DNA of 62,551 nucleotides, filler included, from 18 parts of 18 records of this genome joined end to end with filler, not necessarily neighbours in it, one strand, 5' to 3'. Counted from the first letter of the whole stretch, positions 32,356 through 44,068 are shown. Numbers and translations: made by a program. The notes: a model not told the origin generated them from the letters alone.

Positions 32356-34749
32356 TTAGTTCTCCTTTTTTTCATTTGCCAATAATTGATCTAATGCGAC
32401 AAAGTCTGAAATTAAAACTTGTCTAGCTTTACTTCCCTCAAAAGGACCTACAATTCCAGAGGCTTCTAGCTGATCAATCAATCTTCCTGCTCTATTATAG
32501 CCTAATTTTAATTTTCGTTGTAGGAGAGAGGCAGAACCTTGTTGTGCACTGATTACTAATTTTGCAGCTTCTTCAAATAAGAGATCTCGATTAGCAATGT
32601 CTATACCAGATTCCTCTCCCCCTTCTTCACCTAGATACTCAGGTAATAAATGAGCATTGGGATAGGCTCTTTGAGAACCGATAAAATCGGTGATTTTTTC
32701 AATTTCAGGAGTGTCCACAAAAGCACATTGAATACGCAATATTTTACTACCAACAGAATACAATAAATCTCCTTTTCCAACTAATTGATCTGCTCCTGAA
32801 GTATCTAAGATGGTTCTAGAGTCTATTTTTGAAGTCACTCTAAAAGCAATTCTCGAAGGAAAATTGGCTTTGATAATTCCTGTAATGACATTTACAGAAG
32901 GTCTTTGTGTGGCAACAATTAGGTGAATTCCAATAGCTCTAGCAAGTTGAGCTAAACGTGCAATGGGCATTTCAACTTCTTTTCCAGCCGTCATAATCAA
33001 ATCTGCAAACTCATCAATCACCAATACAATATAGGGTAAAAACTGGTGACCGTGTTCAGGATTTAATTTTCTTGCTTTAAACTTCGTATTGTATTCTTTG
33101 ATATTTCTTACGAGGGCTGTTTTCAGTAAGTCGTATCGATTATCCATTTCAATACACAAAGAATTTAAAGTTTGTACGACTTTGGTGGTATCTGTAATAA
33201 TCGCTTCTTCGGTATCTGGAAGTTTTGCCAAATAGTGTCTTTCAATTTTATTGAATACGGAAAGCTCTACTTTTTTAGGATCTACGAGAATAAATTTGAC
33301 TTCTGCAGGGTGTTTTTTATAGAGTAAAGAGGTAAGTATCGTATTAAGTCCCACAGATTTTCCTTGCCCTGTTGCACCTGCCATCAATAAGTGAGGCATT
33401 TTCGCTAAATCTACTACAAAAGTTTCATTAGAGATGGTTTTTCCCAGAGCGATAGGCAACTCCATTTTTGCTTCTTGAAATTTTATAGAAGCAATCACAG
33501 ATCTCATAGATACAATTGTTGGTTTGCTGTTTGGAACTTCAATTCCAATAGTCCCTTTACCAGGAATAGGAGCAATAATACGGATACCCAAGGCAGATAA
33601 TGAAAGAGCAATATCATCTTCTAAGTTTTTAATTTTAGAAATTCTCACTCCAGCATCTGGAACGATTTCGTACAAGGTAACTGTGGGTCCCACAGTTGCT
33701 TTGATTTGTGTGATTCCAATTTTATAATTTTTTAAGGTATCCACAATTTTATCTTTGTTGAGTTCCAATTCCTCTGCATCTACAGCAATACTTTCATTGT
33801 ATTCTTTTAAAAGATTTAGGGTCGGAAATTTGAAATTTCCCAATTCTAATTTAGGGTTAAATTCCCCAGATTTTTCAACCAGATTATTCGCTAAGTTTTC
33901 TTCAACTTTTTCTTCTTTAGCTGTTTTTTCGATGGCAATTTCTACCTCTGTAGTTTCTTCAACAGGAGTTTCTAGGTTTTTTTCTTTTTCCTGTATTTCT
34001 TTAGAATTTGAAATAGAAGAAAAGTTTTTGATTGTAGGTTGAAGATTTTCTAAAGAGAATTCAAATTCAGATTTTTCAAGCTTTTGATCTGAACGGATCT
34101 CCCTCTCTTTTAGACTGTTTTCCTCAGGGCTATCGATTTTTGTTTCCACAATTTTCTTTTTTGGAAACCAATTTTTTATTTTTTCGGGGGTAATTTTAAA
34201 TCGTATAATTGCATAGGCTAAATATCCAAATAAAAGGATCAAAGCCAGTCCTATTTTTCCAAGATACAAACTCAAATAATCGTTTAGTTCCACCCCAATG
34301 ATACCTGCTAAAAGGGCAAATTCATCATTGACAAACCCAAACGATAGGGTTATCCATAGCATCCCCAAAATTCCCCAATTAAAAGCGTTGAATATTTTTT
34401 GAAGAGGGATTCGTAGAAATAAATAAATTCCAGACATTACCAATAAAAAGGGAATCATAAAGGAAGCGATTCCAAACCCTTTGTAAATGAGAAAGTGACT
34501 TAGATTTGCACCCACTTTTCCCAAAAGATTTTTTGCAAGTTCTTCTCTGTTTTGAAATTCACTGAGTAGACTTTGGTCGTCTTGCCAAGAAAAGAAAAAG
34601 GAAATAAACGAAATGCATAAAAAAACACCTAAAAGCAGTGTGAAAACTCCAATAATTGTTTGAACTTGACGGTTTTGAAAAAAAATTTTGGTTTTTACAA
34701 AACGTTCTCCTTTTACTTTGGGTTCAATGTTTTTTTTAGTTTTCCTCAT
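32356..34749 (-). CDS. ftsK: DNA translocase FtsK
   Basis: N-terminal TMs, PHLLMAGATGQGKS, IDEFADL, ATQRPS and gamma domain LQRKLKLGYNRA. Confidence 0.98.
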   Translation of the reverse strand: MRKTKKNIEPKVKGERFVKTKIFFQNRQVQTIIGVFTLLLGVFLCISFISFFFSWQDDQSLLSEFQNREELAKNLLGKVGANLSHFLIYKGFGIASFMIPFLLVMSGIYLFLRIPLQKIFNAFNWGILGMLWITLSFGFVNDEFALLAGIIGVELNDYLSLYLGKIGLALILLFGYLAYAIIRFKITPEKIKNWFPKKKIVETKIDSPEENSLKEREIRSDQKLEKSEFEFSLENLQPTIKNFSSISNSKEIQEKEKNLETPVEETTEVEIAIEKTAKEEKVEENLANNLVEKSGEFNPKLELGNFKFPTLNLLKEYNESIAVDAEELELNKDKIVDTLKNYKIGITQIKATVGPTVTLYEIVPDAGVRISKIKNLEDDIALSLSALGIRIIAPIPGKGTIGIEVPNSKPTIVSMRSVIASIKFQEAKMELPIALGKTISNETFVVDLAKMPHLLMAGATGQGKSVGLNTILTSLLYKKHPAEVKFILVDPKKVELSVFNKIERHYLAKLPDTEEAIITDTTKVVQTLNSLCIEMDNRYDLLKTALVRNIKEYNTKFKARKLNPEHGHQFLPYIVLVIDEFADLIMTAGKEVEMPIARLAQLARAIGIHLIVATQRPSVNVITGIIKANFPSRIAFRVTSKIDSRTILDTSGADQLVGKGDLLYSVGSKILRIQCAFVDTPEIEKITDFIGSQRAYPNAHLLPEYLGEEGGEESGIDIANRDLLFEEAAKLVISAQQGSASLLQRKLKLGYNRAGRLIDQLEASGIVGPFEGSKARQVLISDFVALDQLLANEKKEN

Positions 34750-34765
34750 TCAAATACAAGTAAGT

Positions 34766-34792
34766 TATACTTCGCCCGGTTAGAAACCCGAA
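34766..34792 (+). repeat. 27-bp dispersed intergenic repeat, copy 2
   Basis: TATACTTCGCCCGGTTAGAAACCCGAA at the contig end. Confidence 0.85.
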
Positions 34793-34895
34793 AATNNNNN
34801 NNNNNNNNNNNNNNNNNNNNNNNNNNNNNNNNNNNNNNNTTAATTAATTAANNNNNNNNNNNNNNNNNNNNNNNNNNNNNNNNNNNNNNNNNNNN

Positions 34896-35260
34896 TGGTT
34901 GGGTTTATGGTCAAGTTCATGGTCAACCATGGACTTAACGATGGACCCAACCATGAACTAAAATCGATCTTGACCATGAACTCAACCATGAACTTCACCA
35001 TGAACCCACATTCCAAGTTACCATGAACCCAGCCATGAACTCGGCCATGAACCGAGCCATGAACCCAGCCATGAACCGGGAATTTACCACCATGAACCGA
35101 GCGATGAACTCAACCATGAACCGGCGATTTACCATCATAAACCGAGCCATGAACTCAGTCATGAACTCAGACATGAACCCGGCCATGAACTCGGCCATGA
35201 ACCATACATGAACCGATCAACAGACCAACCACGAATCCAGCCATAAAATTTGTCATGAAC
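34896..35260. repeat. Degenerate 12-bp minisatellite (CCATGAACYCRG) with an orientation flip near the contig start
   Basis: About 20 or more CATGAAC cores at 12-nt spacing. The first units (34896-34925) are inverted (GTTCATGG). Confidence 0.9.
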
Positions 35261-36521
35261 CGCGATTCCTCCATTACAAGCACACACCGAAATGGAAGTA
35301 TTTTCTGCACAACTGTTAGAAGCGAATGAAATTTGTGTTGCCTTTCCAGTTCCACCAAAATGAAAAAAAAATGTGTGAAATTTCACATTTTTTGCATATT
35401 TATACAATGTACACGTGGAAGGCTAGGAGACGTTATGAATGTGATGTTTTGTCTGTAATTTTTTAATGTGTGCTTTTTGTAGATTAGATTATGGCGTAGT
35501 GAGGAAGTAAGGCGAAAGATGATATTTCAACTTGCAAAAAACAGAGGAACTGCTATTTGTTGGAATCAACATGACTCTTATTTGAAAGTGACAACATGTT
35601 TTCGTTCTCAAACTTTTTCAGCTAAAAAGTGTGAAGGATTTGCAAGAGCTTAATGAAGTGATGTGTCATTTTTTCTCTCGTGAGAAATTGAGCAAAAAGT
35701 TGTAAAAATTAACATATTAAAAAATCTATGGATTACATAAAATAAAAAACACAAATACATGTTTTAATCAAAAACGTTTCAAAGCTCCTTACAAATTAAA
35801 CTTATGAGTTCAATTTTCTAAATGTAAATCCCCGAAGCAAAAAAACAGCAACTTATTTTTCGCTTAGTCAGAATGCACAAAAACTTAAAAGTTAAGTTTT
35901 TTCAAAGAATGTTTTTAAAAAACTATTAGAGTCACTCGAGAAGTTTTTGGAATTAAAGAACATTGGAATGACCGAAGTCGATACTGAATGTGTGATCGAC
36001 ACTCCGTGCTGACACTTGTGTATTTCAGGCATCTCAGCTTAGCATGGTACTATAATTTAAGATGATGCCTCTTTGAATTATGACAATTCAAAAAGTTCGC
36101 AGCTACATAATTATGTTGTCCGTTGTTTGCGCAAATTGCGCGATCATTTCTTTGTAATAGTTGTGGTTTATCACCTAGCTTTTGTTACAATCTTGTGTAC
36201 CATACTTTATTGAAAGTAAGCGTCTTTTAAAAACTTAATCAAAATGTGAGAAGCTCACACCGAAACTTATTCTTTCTAAAAATCCCAGCCCACATTCGTG
36301 GCAACCAAGTCACATACGGTAAAACTTATACACAAACAAAACTTAAGCGAAATAATCTCTACGTGCACGGTGTTTATAAATAAATAGTGCGATCATGGAC
36401 AATCCACACGCCTCCTAAAAACACAGACGCTCACATATGTACAGAAACCACATTAATTAACTTCATACATATTTATATTCATATTAAATTAAACTGACAA
36501 ATAGAAATAAGAACTACATTT

Positions 36522-37660
36522 TCAATCAAATTTCTTAAATCCACTTATCTTTTCTCCAAAGATGACAATTTGTCTTGCGACAAAGGTCGCAATATTCATT
36601 TCATCACTAATTAATCGAATACAATCCTGGCGCGACGAAGCATGATGAAAATACGACATCAACGTTGAGCCGTCTAGTTGCTGTACGTTCTTGTTTGAAG
36701 TATCAAGTTTCGGATGGTATGTTTTTAATGCCTGTAAGAAATCGGTTGACTTAAGACTTGACAGTTTTTTCTTTTTTAACGGTCGAGCAGCAGTTTCTGA
36801 GAGTTTTGACGATGTATTTTTCTTACGTTTCTGGGGTGTTTTTCTCACAACTGCTTTAACTAAAACATCACAAAGAAAAAAATGAGTATTATTCATTTCA
36901 CAAGTCAACATTAGAGTTTTCAACACACTTATTCTTTGAAAAATTTCATGTCAAATATATAATTTCACTCCTTTCCAAACAATTTCACGAAAAACATGAT
37001 AATTAAAATCTATATCAACCAAAAATTGATAAAAATATGATGGCTCACTTGGGATAAATACAGAAACACCCCCCATTTTGAGCAAATGACAAAATATCCA
37101 GGTGAAATGAGAATAAAATTAAAATATACACGTTTAATTTCAAAATTGATAGAGAAACGAGGGGTGCATGGGGTGGAGAACAGTGTGTTTTCTTATTTGA
37201 AAAAAACATAAAAATTTCCATTTCCGAAGGGATTAGTGGTTTGAAGGGGGCTACAGAGAGTTGAGGAGAGCAGTGTTCGACCACTGTGGGTTAAAATAAT
37301 TTTGTAAAACGATTATTTCAAACTACATTCTAAATTAAACACAATTTAAAAATAGTTGTAACATTGTTGAGGAAAAATACTTTATTTGCAAGCAACTTTG
37401 AGCACGTTTCCTTTGACAGACCACATTTGAATAATACTAACATTTCGAAAACAAATTACACCAAAGGAGTTGAATGTGTGAATTCGTATCAACACTTACC
37501 AACGAACTTTGCGCTGACGAACGCGCGTGATTCATTCACAACATCTAGAAAAGCATCAGCGGTTGCTGAGAAGTTCTTTGACCTCGCAATACTGAAATCT
37601 TCACCAATTGTGTTGCGCACAATTTCTTCGATGTTTTGTCTCAGATTTATGGAGGTAACG
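36522..37660 (-). CDS. Last two exons (37660-37500, 36859-36522) of an unknown eukaryotic protein with a basic NLS-like region and a SAM-like helical tail
   Basis: Phase-1 GTAAGT...TTTTAG intron, KRKK and KKKK clusters, QQLDGSTLM. Confidence 0.5.
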
Positions 37661-38030
37661 CTAATGAAATGTCCGTAATCACATTTTAGTACAAAAATAA
37701 AAATGCATTTGTAAAAACACATCCGTCCGCCAAACTTCTTTACACTTCATGAACATGACATAAAAGTAGATTAGAGGATTTTTCAAAAATGTTACAATAA
37801 AAGTTTCGCCAAAAATAATACCCATTTGACTTGCACAGTATCAAAAATTTTCAGTATGAAGAGTATACAAATTTTGTACCCGAAAATCATATGATTCAAG
37901 TATATTTTTTAATACAGTCCATATCAATGANNNNNNNNNNNNNNNNNNNNNNNNNNNNNNNNNNNNNNNNNNNNTTAATTAATTAANNNNNNNNNNNNNN
38001 NNNNNNNNNNNNNNNNNNNNNNNNNNNNNN

Positions 38031-38568
38031 AACTACCGCTTTAGATTTAGAAATCGTAGTTGTAGGGATAGACAATCCAAACACTTTTGGATATCTAAAA
38101 AGTATTGAAGAACGCTACAAACAAGTACCACAGTTAACCTTTACAGGTTATGTTGAAGAAAATGAAGTGGCTCGGTTATTTGAGGAAAGTGCTGTTGTTG
38201 TTTTTCCATATACATCCACTATTGGAAGTTTAAGAATGTTGCATCAAGCAGGTCGTCATGGAAAAGCGATCGTAATGCCTAATTTAGAAGATTTGGCTGT
38301 ATGGGCAGAGGATAAAGGTTATAAAGGAGAATTTTTTGAACCTGAAAGTACCCATGAGTTGGCAAATGCAATTCAAAAAATTGTTTTAAATGATACTTAT
38401 AGAATTGCCTTGGGAGTAGCAAATTACAAAGCGGCTACAACATTACCTATGGAAACGATTATAAATAAGTACTTAGATGAATTTGAAAACATCCTCTCAA
38501 AAAAGAGCAAAAAAAAAGAGAGTTCCACAAAAAACGAGTTTTCAGAAATCTATCGAAATACCCGTTAA
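38031..38568 (+). CDS. GT4-family glycosyltransferase C-terminus (5'-truncated)
   Basis: FTGYVEE...VVVFPY...LHQAG...ELANAI GT-B C-terminal domain. Confidence 0.8.
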
Positions 38569-38734
38569 ATAGAAGTTTTATACGCTACCTTATCTTGCAC
38601 AGATGGTGATCCGGTGATCCAGTGATGCGGTGATGTAATAAGGTCACCTTTCTTTTTTCATCCTTTCAACTTTTGACTTTGTACATCCACTTTTTCACTT
38701 TTCGCAACTTCTTTAAAATTTTCATCCCTTTTTC

Positions 38735-38761
38735 TATACTCCGCCTGGGTAGAAACCCTAA
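38735..38761 (+). repeat. 27-bp dispersed intergenic repeat, copy 3
   Basis: TATACTCCGCCTGGGTAGAAACCCTAA. Confidence 0.85.
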
Positions 38762-38921
38762 CAAAACACCGTCCTAAAAAACATTTATCTTGAATTTTAA
38801 AAAGCTTGAATAAAATATTTTCATAAGTAACCTAAATACAGTATATTGCGAATTGGTAATTGATTTTTTCTCAAAAATTAATCCTTAAAGGGACTCGTAT
38901 AAAAAAGAAAGAGAACAAATT

Positions 38922-39218
38922 ATGACAAAGTTTGGAGAACTTATAAATTTAGATATTCCCGTATTGATAGATTTTTATTTTGAATGGGATAAAACGGGGG
39001 CCAATCCTCACGAAGTTTTACGGGATGTTGTTGCTGCTTTAGGAGATAAAGCAAAAGTGATAAAAATTGATATTGAAAAAAATGAAGTATTAGCCGATGC
39101 TTTAAAAGTAAAGGCAAATCCTACATTTATCATCTATAAAGGAGGAACCATGAAATGGCGTCAATCTGGCGATTTGGACGCAAATACGTTGATTACTCTT
39201 GTTGAAAAATACGCTTAA
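38922..39218 (+). CDS. Thioredoxin-fold protein lacking CxxC
   Basis: PVLIDFYFEW...KIDIEKN...PTFIIYKGG..KWRQSG, with no Cys in the protein. Confidence 0.85.
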   Translation: MTKFGELINLDIPVLIDFYFEWDKTGANPHEVLRDVVAALGDKAKVIKIDIEKNEVLADALKVKANPTFIIYKGGTMKWRQSGDLDANTLITLVEKYA

Positions 39219-39856
39219 CGGAATGCTTTAAACTGATAGCCTTTTTCGCTAAGAGATGCTAAGACTTTTGGTAAGGAATATTTCATTTTTTTGGATGCTT
39301 TTACACTGTCATGAAAAACAATAATGGCTCCTTTTTGTGTATATTTTAAAACATTTTCTAAGCAGGCTTCTTGTGTAGTGGCCGTATCAAAATCTGCACT
39401 TAAAACATTCCACATAATTATTTGATAGTTTTGTTGCTTGAGTTTTCGGACTTGCGAGGGTTTTATTTTCCCATAAGGAGGTCGAAATAGTTTGGTTTTA
39501 TTTGGAAGTAGGGATGCTTCTAAAACTGTTTCATTTTTGAGGATATCTTCTAAATAAACCTCCGAATTTACTTTCCAACCTCTTAGATGGTTGTATGTAT
39601 GGTTACCAATACTATGACCTGCTTCAATAAGTTTTTCAAATACATCTGGGTGCTCCACTATATTTTTACCGATACAGAAAAAAGTAGCTTTGGCTTTGTA
39701 TTTTTTCAATTGTTCTAAAACCCATTCTGTGATTTTTGGAGTGGGACCATCATCAAAAGTCAGGTATACTTCTTTTTTATCGGTTTTAACAGACCAAATC
39801 AAACCTTTAAAAAAAGTCTGTATCCAATTAGGAATGTTTACAAAAAGAAAATTCAT
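39215..39856 (-). CDS. NodB/CE4 polysaccharide deacetylase
   Basis: YLTFDDGP, GNHTYNH, FRPPYG and IVFHD. Confidence 0.95.
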   Translation of the reverse strand: MNFLFVNIPNWIQTFFKGLIWSVKTDKKEVYLTFDDGPTPKITEWVLEQLKKYKAKATFFCIGKNIVEHPDVFEKLIEAGHSIGNHTYNHLRGWKVNSEVYLEDILKNETVLEASLLPNKTKLFRPPYGKIKPSQVRKLKQQNYQIIMWNVLSADFDTATTQEACLENVLKYTQKGAIIVFHDSVKASKKMKYSLPKVLASLSEKGYQFKAFR

Positions 39857-39919
39857 TTTTCAATACAAATTAGTCCTAAAAATACAGTTATATAGTGATT
39901 TTGTGACGAGTTTTGTAAA

Positions 39920-40146
39920 GAATATTTTTCAAACATGAGGCCATTAGAAGCATGTGTACAATCTTCATCTTCCCAATAATAGATATCGACCCACTCATTA
40001 TCCGAATCTTTAAACAGCATTTAGTGATGAAAACCTTTGCATCTTTTCAAGTCGGAAACCATATCATCAACCGATTTAATCATACTTTCATCAGTAACAT
40101 TTTCGGTAGACTCCCACTTTACAATTTTTAAATATCTAACGGACAT
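39920..40146 (-). pseudogene. Disrupted small dimeric alpha-beta-barrel (ABM-like) gene
   Basis: ATG 2 nt after the tag stop. Reads MSVRYLKIV [frameshift] KWESTENVTDESMIKSVDDMVSDLKRCKGFHH* MLFKDSDNEWVDIYYWEDEDCTHASNGLM, with an in-frame TAA at 40021-40023. Confidence 0.65.
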
Positions 40147-40148
40147 TT

Positions 40149-40733
40149 TTAGCTCCTGAATTTTTTTAAACATTCTTTAAAACGAAAGCAATCAACAGTA
40201 TGGTCATTTACGACACCTACTGATTGCAAAAAAGCATAGACGGTTGTTGATCCTAAATATTTAAAACCTTTTTTCTTTAAATCTTTACTTATTTGATCAG
40301 ATAACTCTGTAGAGGCGGGAATATCTTCTTCTGACTGCCAATTTCCAATAACAGACTCGTTTTCTACAAATTCCCACAAATATTGGGAAAAGCTTCCATG
40401 TGATTTTTGAATGCCAATAAAGTGACTAGCATTGTTGACGATTGCTGATATTTTCGCTTTGTGCCTTACGATTCCAGTATCTTGTAATAATAGATTTATT
40501 TTAGATTCATTATATCTGGCAATTTTATTGATATTGAAACCATCAAAGGCAACTAAATAACCTTTTCTTTTCTTTAGAATTGTGTGCCAACTCAATCCTG
40601 ACTGACACAGTTCAAGGGATAGCAACTCAAATAATCTTGAATCATCAAAAACAGGTATGCCCCATTCTGTATCATGGTAATCTTCTTCGAGGTCTGTATT
40701 TAATGACCAACTACACTTATTAATTGAATTCAT
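40149..40733 (-). CDS. tag: DNA-3-methyladenine glycosylase I
   Basis: CSW...YHDTEWG, LELCQSGLSW and GVVNDHTVDC. Confidence 0.96.
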   Translation of the reverse strand: MNSINKCSWSLNTDLEEDYHDTEWGIPVFDDSRLFELLSLELCQSGLSWHTILKKRKGYLVAFDGFNINKIARYNESKINLLLQDTGIVRHKAKISAIVNNASHFIGIQKSHGSFSQYLWEFVENESVIGNWQSEEDIPASTELSDQISKDLKKKGFKYLGSTTVYAFLQSVGVVNDHTVDCFRFKECLKKFRS

Positions 40734-40866
40734 ATTCTATTTTCGCTGTATCAGTTTCATCGATTCTTATTTGTATTTCATCATGAAATACATGATGTAT
40801 ATTTTTGTTGGAGCTGGTTGTTGTTCTATTTTGAATAGCAAAAGTCGTAAATCTCAATACCCAAAA

Positions 40867-43800
40867 CTACTCTTCCAATAAATTTTCAAACAATTGGATA
40901 TGGGCAACAAATTCAGCTTCTGTGTTTTCTAAATAGGTTTCGTCTTTATCATACCTATCTATATTTCTAACAATACTTCTATACATATTTAAGTAGCGTT
41001 CAATTTCATCAAATATCAATTCCAAATAGCTTTCAGGAAACGTACTGTAATAGTATAACTTTTCTTGAAATATTTTTGTCAAGGTTCTTGAAACGGCTCT
41101 TGCTTTTTCAATATTCTCAATTCTATAAAAATATTCTGGATAGCCCAAGCAAATTCCATAATGTCCAAACAGTTCAATCGGTAATTTCTCCAAACTTAAA
41201 TCTAAAACTTCTTCCGCTTTTTCAAATTTATTTTCATGGATAAAAGTGTCTGCCAAACGCATCATATTATTACGGAATGAAATGGAATTTTTACGAGATT
41301 CTACATCCAAATATATTTTCTCTACATGGATTTCATTCCAATCCCAATTTTGAATGGTTTGATACATCGCTTCCGCATCAATTCTTCCCATGTCAAACAT
41401 ACTTCCTTGGTTTGGGGTTTTGATCGGTACAAATTTATATGCCAAACCATCTAACTGTAAATAATCTTTCAACCAAATGTATTCTTCTGCGGCATTGGCA
41501 CCTCCCGTAAAATAAAGAGGATGCTCCCAATTGTTGTTTGCCAATAAATCGAGCATTAAAATTCTGTTTTTTGTAAGACCTTGTGCATCAATGTCAAGAT
41601 CTATGTAAGGGACTATAGAGGCGGAATCTTTTAAAGCCACAAGCCCCTTTTTAAGTACTTTTTCTTTGTTGACTTGCAAACGGAGTTTATGGGTAGGATA
41701 AAATTTTTCTTGATGATCGTTTTCCGTTTCAAAATAGGTTCTTTCATCATCAGAAGCAATCCAAGTCATAAAATCTTTAAGATCCCAACGTGATTCTGTT
41801 TGTGGAAAATGGTAAGCAACATCTAAGGTTCCGTATTTGTATTGATCATGTGTCAACTGCGAAGGAATAGGAGGTGCTTCATAGGTTTTACGTTTCATTT
41901 GATTGATATACCAATCTGTTGCCAACAAACTGGTATTGACCAATTTGATATCGGTTCTGTAATTCTCAACTTCTTGTAGATACCACAAAGGGAAGGTATC
42001 ATTATCTCCAATGGTAAACATAATCGCATTTTCATCACAGGAATCTAAATACGCTTTGGCATTGAAATGTGCCGTATATCTTCCAGACCTGTCATGATCA
42101 TCCCAATTTTCAGAAGCCATTAACGTGGGTACCGCTATAAACGAGACTATTGAAACTGTTATTGCAACGGTTTTTGGAGAGATATAGGTTTTCAAATACT
42201 CAAACAAAGCATAGACACCAAATCCTATCCAAATTGCAAAAATGTAGAAAGATCCTACAACGGCATAATCACGTTCTCTAGGTTCAAAAGGTTTCGGATT
42301 TGTGTAAAAGATGATGGCCAATCCTGTAAACAAGAAAAACAAAAATAAGGTATAAAAATTATTTTGATCTTTTTTTAACTGAAACACCAAACCCATAATT
42401 CCTAAGAGTAAAGGAAAGAAGAAATAGGTGTTTCTTCCTTTATTATTTTTTACATCAGAAGGAAGATTGCTTTGTGGACCTAGTCGAGCTTCATCAATAA
42501 AGTTGATTCCACTTAACCAGTTTCCATTGTGAATATCCAAATTTCCTTGTTTATCATTTTGTCGCCCCACAAAATTCCACATCAGATAACGTCCATACAT
42601 ATATCCAAATTGATAACGAATCATAAATTGAAGGTTTTGAATAAACGTGGGTCTTTTTTCACTCTTTGGGTCAATTCCTGCAATGGCTTTATAATTATCA
42701 ATAACTACTGAGCTGGTCATCCTAGGAATAAATCCTTTGTGTTCATCGGTATAAACAGGAATTACCTTTTTATAATTGTTTACAATGATATATTTTTCTG
42801 TTTTGAAGTCTTTTTCATATTTGGGTTTTTCATCTTTGAATACAAGATCTCCATTGCGATCTACTTTTTGCTCTCTATTGTAGGAAATAGAATAGTAAGT
42901 GTCATAAAAAACATTGGCATCTCCGTATTGTTCTCGGTTGTAATAGGCTAGTAGCTCTCTTGCACTAGAAGGGTTGTTCTCGTTAATCGTTGTGTTTGCA
43001 TAGGAACGTATGGGTAACATAAGCCAACAAGAAAAACCAATGATAATAAACAAGATCGATAAGGATAATGTATTTGCTAAAAACCATTGTTTTTTACGGG
43101 TATATTTCAATCCATAATAAAAGGCAACAATCAATACCAATCCTGCAATAATACTTCCTGAATTGAAAGGAAGCCCCATTGAATTCACAAAAAACAGTTC
43201 CGAGATACTAAAGAATTTAAGCATAAATGGAAATAGAAATTTAAATACAAAAACCAAAACTGAGATGGCGATCACATTGGCAAGTATAAACTTCTTAGGG
43301 TTGATGTTTGTGTAGTTTTTATAAAAATAAATAAAGACAATCGCGGGGATTACTAAGAGTGATAAAATATGGACTCCAAAAGAAAGACCTACAATATAAG
43401 AGATCAATAACAACCATTTGTGTCCACGTGGTTTGTGCATTTCATTTTCCCATTTCAAAGCGAGCCAAAATAATAATGCCATTAAAAAGGAGGACATGGC
43501 ATATACTTCTGCTTCCACAGCACTCCACCAAAAACTATCTGAAAAGGTATAGGCCAAAGACCCCACCAATCCACTCCCTAATACTGCAATGGCTTTGCTA
43601 TCTGAAAAATCACCCGATTTTAAAGCTAGTTTTTTTGCCAAATTGGTAATCGTCCAAAACATAAATAGAATGGTAAACGCACTAGCAAGTCCCGACATAA
43701 AGTTCACCATTTTTGCAATTTCTGTCACTTCCGAAGCAAACATCGCAAAAAAGGCCCCTAACATTTGAAACAAAGGAGCCCCTGGTGGATGTCCAACTTC

Positions 43801-43944
43801 TAACTTTACTGAGGTGGCAATGTATTCACCACAATCCCAAAAACTAACGGTTGGTTCTAGCGTTAAAATATAGGTTACAAGGGCAATTGCAAAAACAATC
43901 CATCCCAAGATAATATTCAATTTCTTATAATTTGATAGAAACAT
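40867..43944 (-). CDS. DUF2723 multi-TM membrane protein (TMEM260-like GT-C glycosyltransferase)
   Basis: SFWDCGEYI...HPPGAP, AVEAEVY, PRERDY and GDNDTFPLWY. Confidence 0.92.
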   Translation of the reverse strand: MFLSNYKKLNIILGWIVFAIALVTYILTLEPTVSFWDCGEYIATSVKLEVGHPPGAPLFQMLGAFFAMFASEVTEIAKMVNFMSGLASAFTILFMFWTITNLAKKLALKSGDFSDSKAIAVLGSGLVGSLAYTFSDSFWWSAVEAEVYAMSSFLMALLFWLALKWENEMHKPRGHKWLLLISYIVGLSFGVHILSLLVIPAIVFIYFYKNYTNINPKKFILANVIAISVLVFVFKFLFPFMLKFFSISELFFVNSMGLPFNSGSIIAGLVLIVAFYYGLKYTRKKQWFLANTLSLSILFIIIGFSCWLMLPIRSYANTTINENNPSSARELLAYYNREQYGDANVFYDTYYSISYNREQKVDRNGDLVFKDEKPKYEKDFKTEKYIIVNNYKKVIPVYTDEHKGFIPRMTSSVVIDNYKAIAGIDPKSEKRPTFIQNLQFMIRYQFGYMYGRYLMWNFVGRQNDKQGNLDIHNGNWLSGINFIDEARLGPQSNLPSDVKNNKGRNTYFFFPLLLGIMGLVFQLKKDQNNFYTLFLFFLFTGLAIIFYTNPKPFEPRERDYAVVGSFYIFAIWIGFGVYALFEYLKTYISPKTVAITVSIVSFIAVPTLMASENWDDHDRSGRYTAHFNAKAYLDSCDENAIMFTIGDNDTFPLWYLQEVENYRTDIKLVNTSLLATDWYINQMKRKTYEAPPIPSQLTHDQYKYGTLDVAYHFPQTESRWDLKDFMTWIASDDERTYFETENDHQEKFYPTHKLRLQVNKEKVLKKGLVALKDSASIVPYIDLDIDAQGLTKNRILMLDLLANNNWEHPLYFTGGANAAEEYIWLKDYLQLDGLAYKFVPIKTPNQGSMFDMGRIDAEAMYQTIQNWDWNEIHVEKIYLDVESRKNSISFRNNMMRLADTFIHENKFEKAEEVLDLSLEKLPIELFGHYGICLGYPEYFYRIENIEKARAVSRTLTKIFQEKLYYYSTFPESYLELIFDEIERYLNMYRSIVRNIDRYDKDETYLENTEAEFVAHIQLFENLLEE

Positions 43945-44068
43945 AATTCTGTTTAATATATANNNNNNNNNNNNNNNNNNNNNNNNNNNNNNNNNNNNNN
44001 NNNNNNTTAATTAATTAANNNNNNNNNNNNNNNNNNNNNNNNNNNNNNNNNNNNNNNNNNNNAAAATT

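Noticed and set aside
34995..35211. ORFs with MAEF/MNPA repeats as real proteins
   Set aside because: By-products of a 12-bp satellite that is open on both strands; no splice or domain support.
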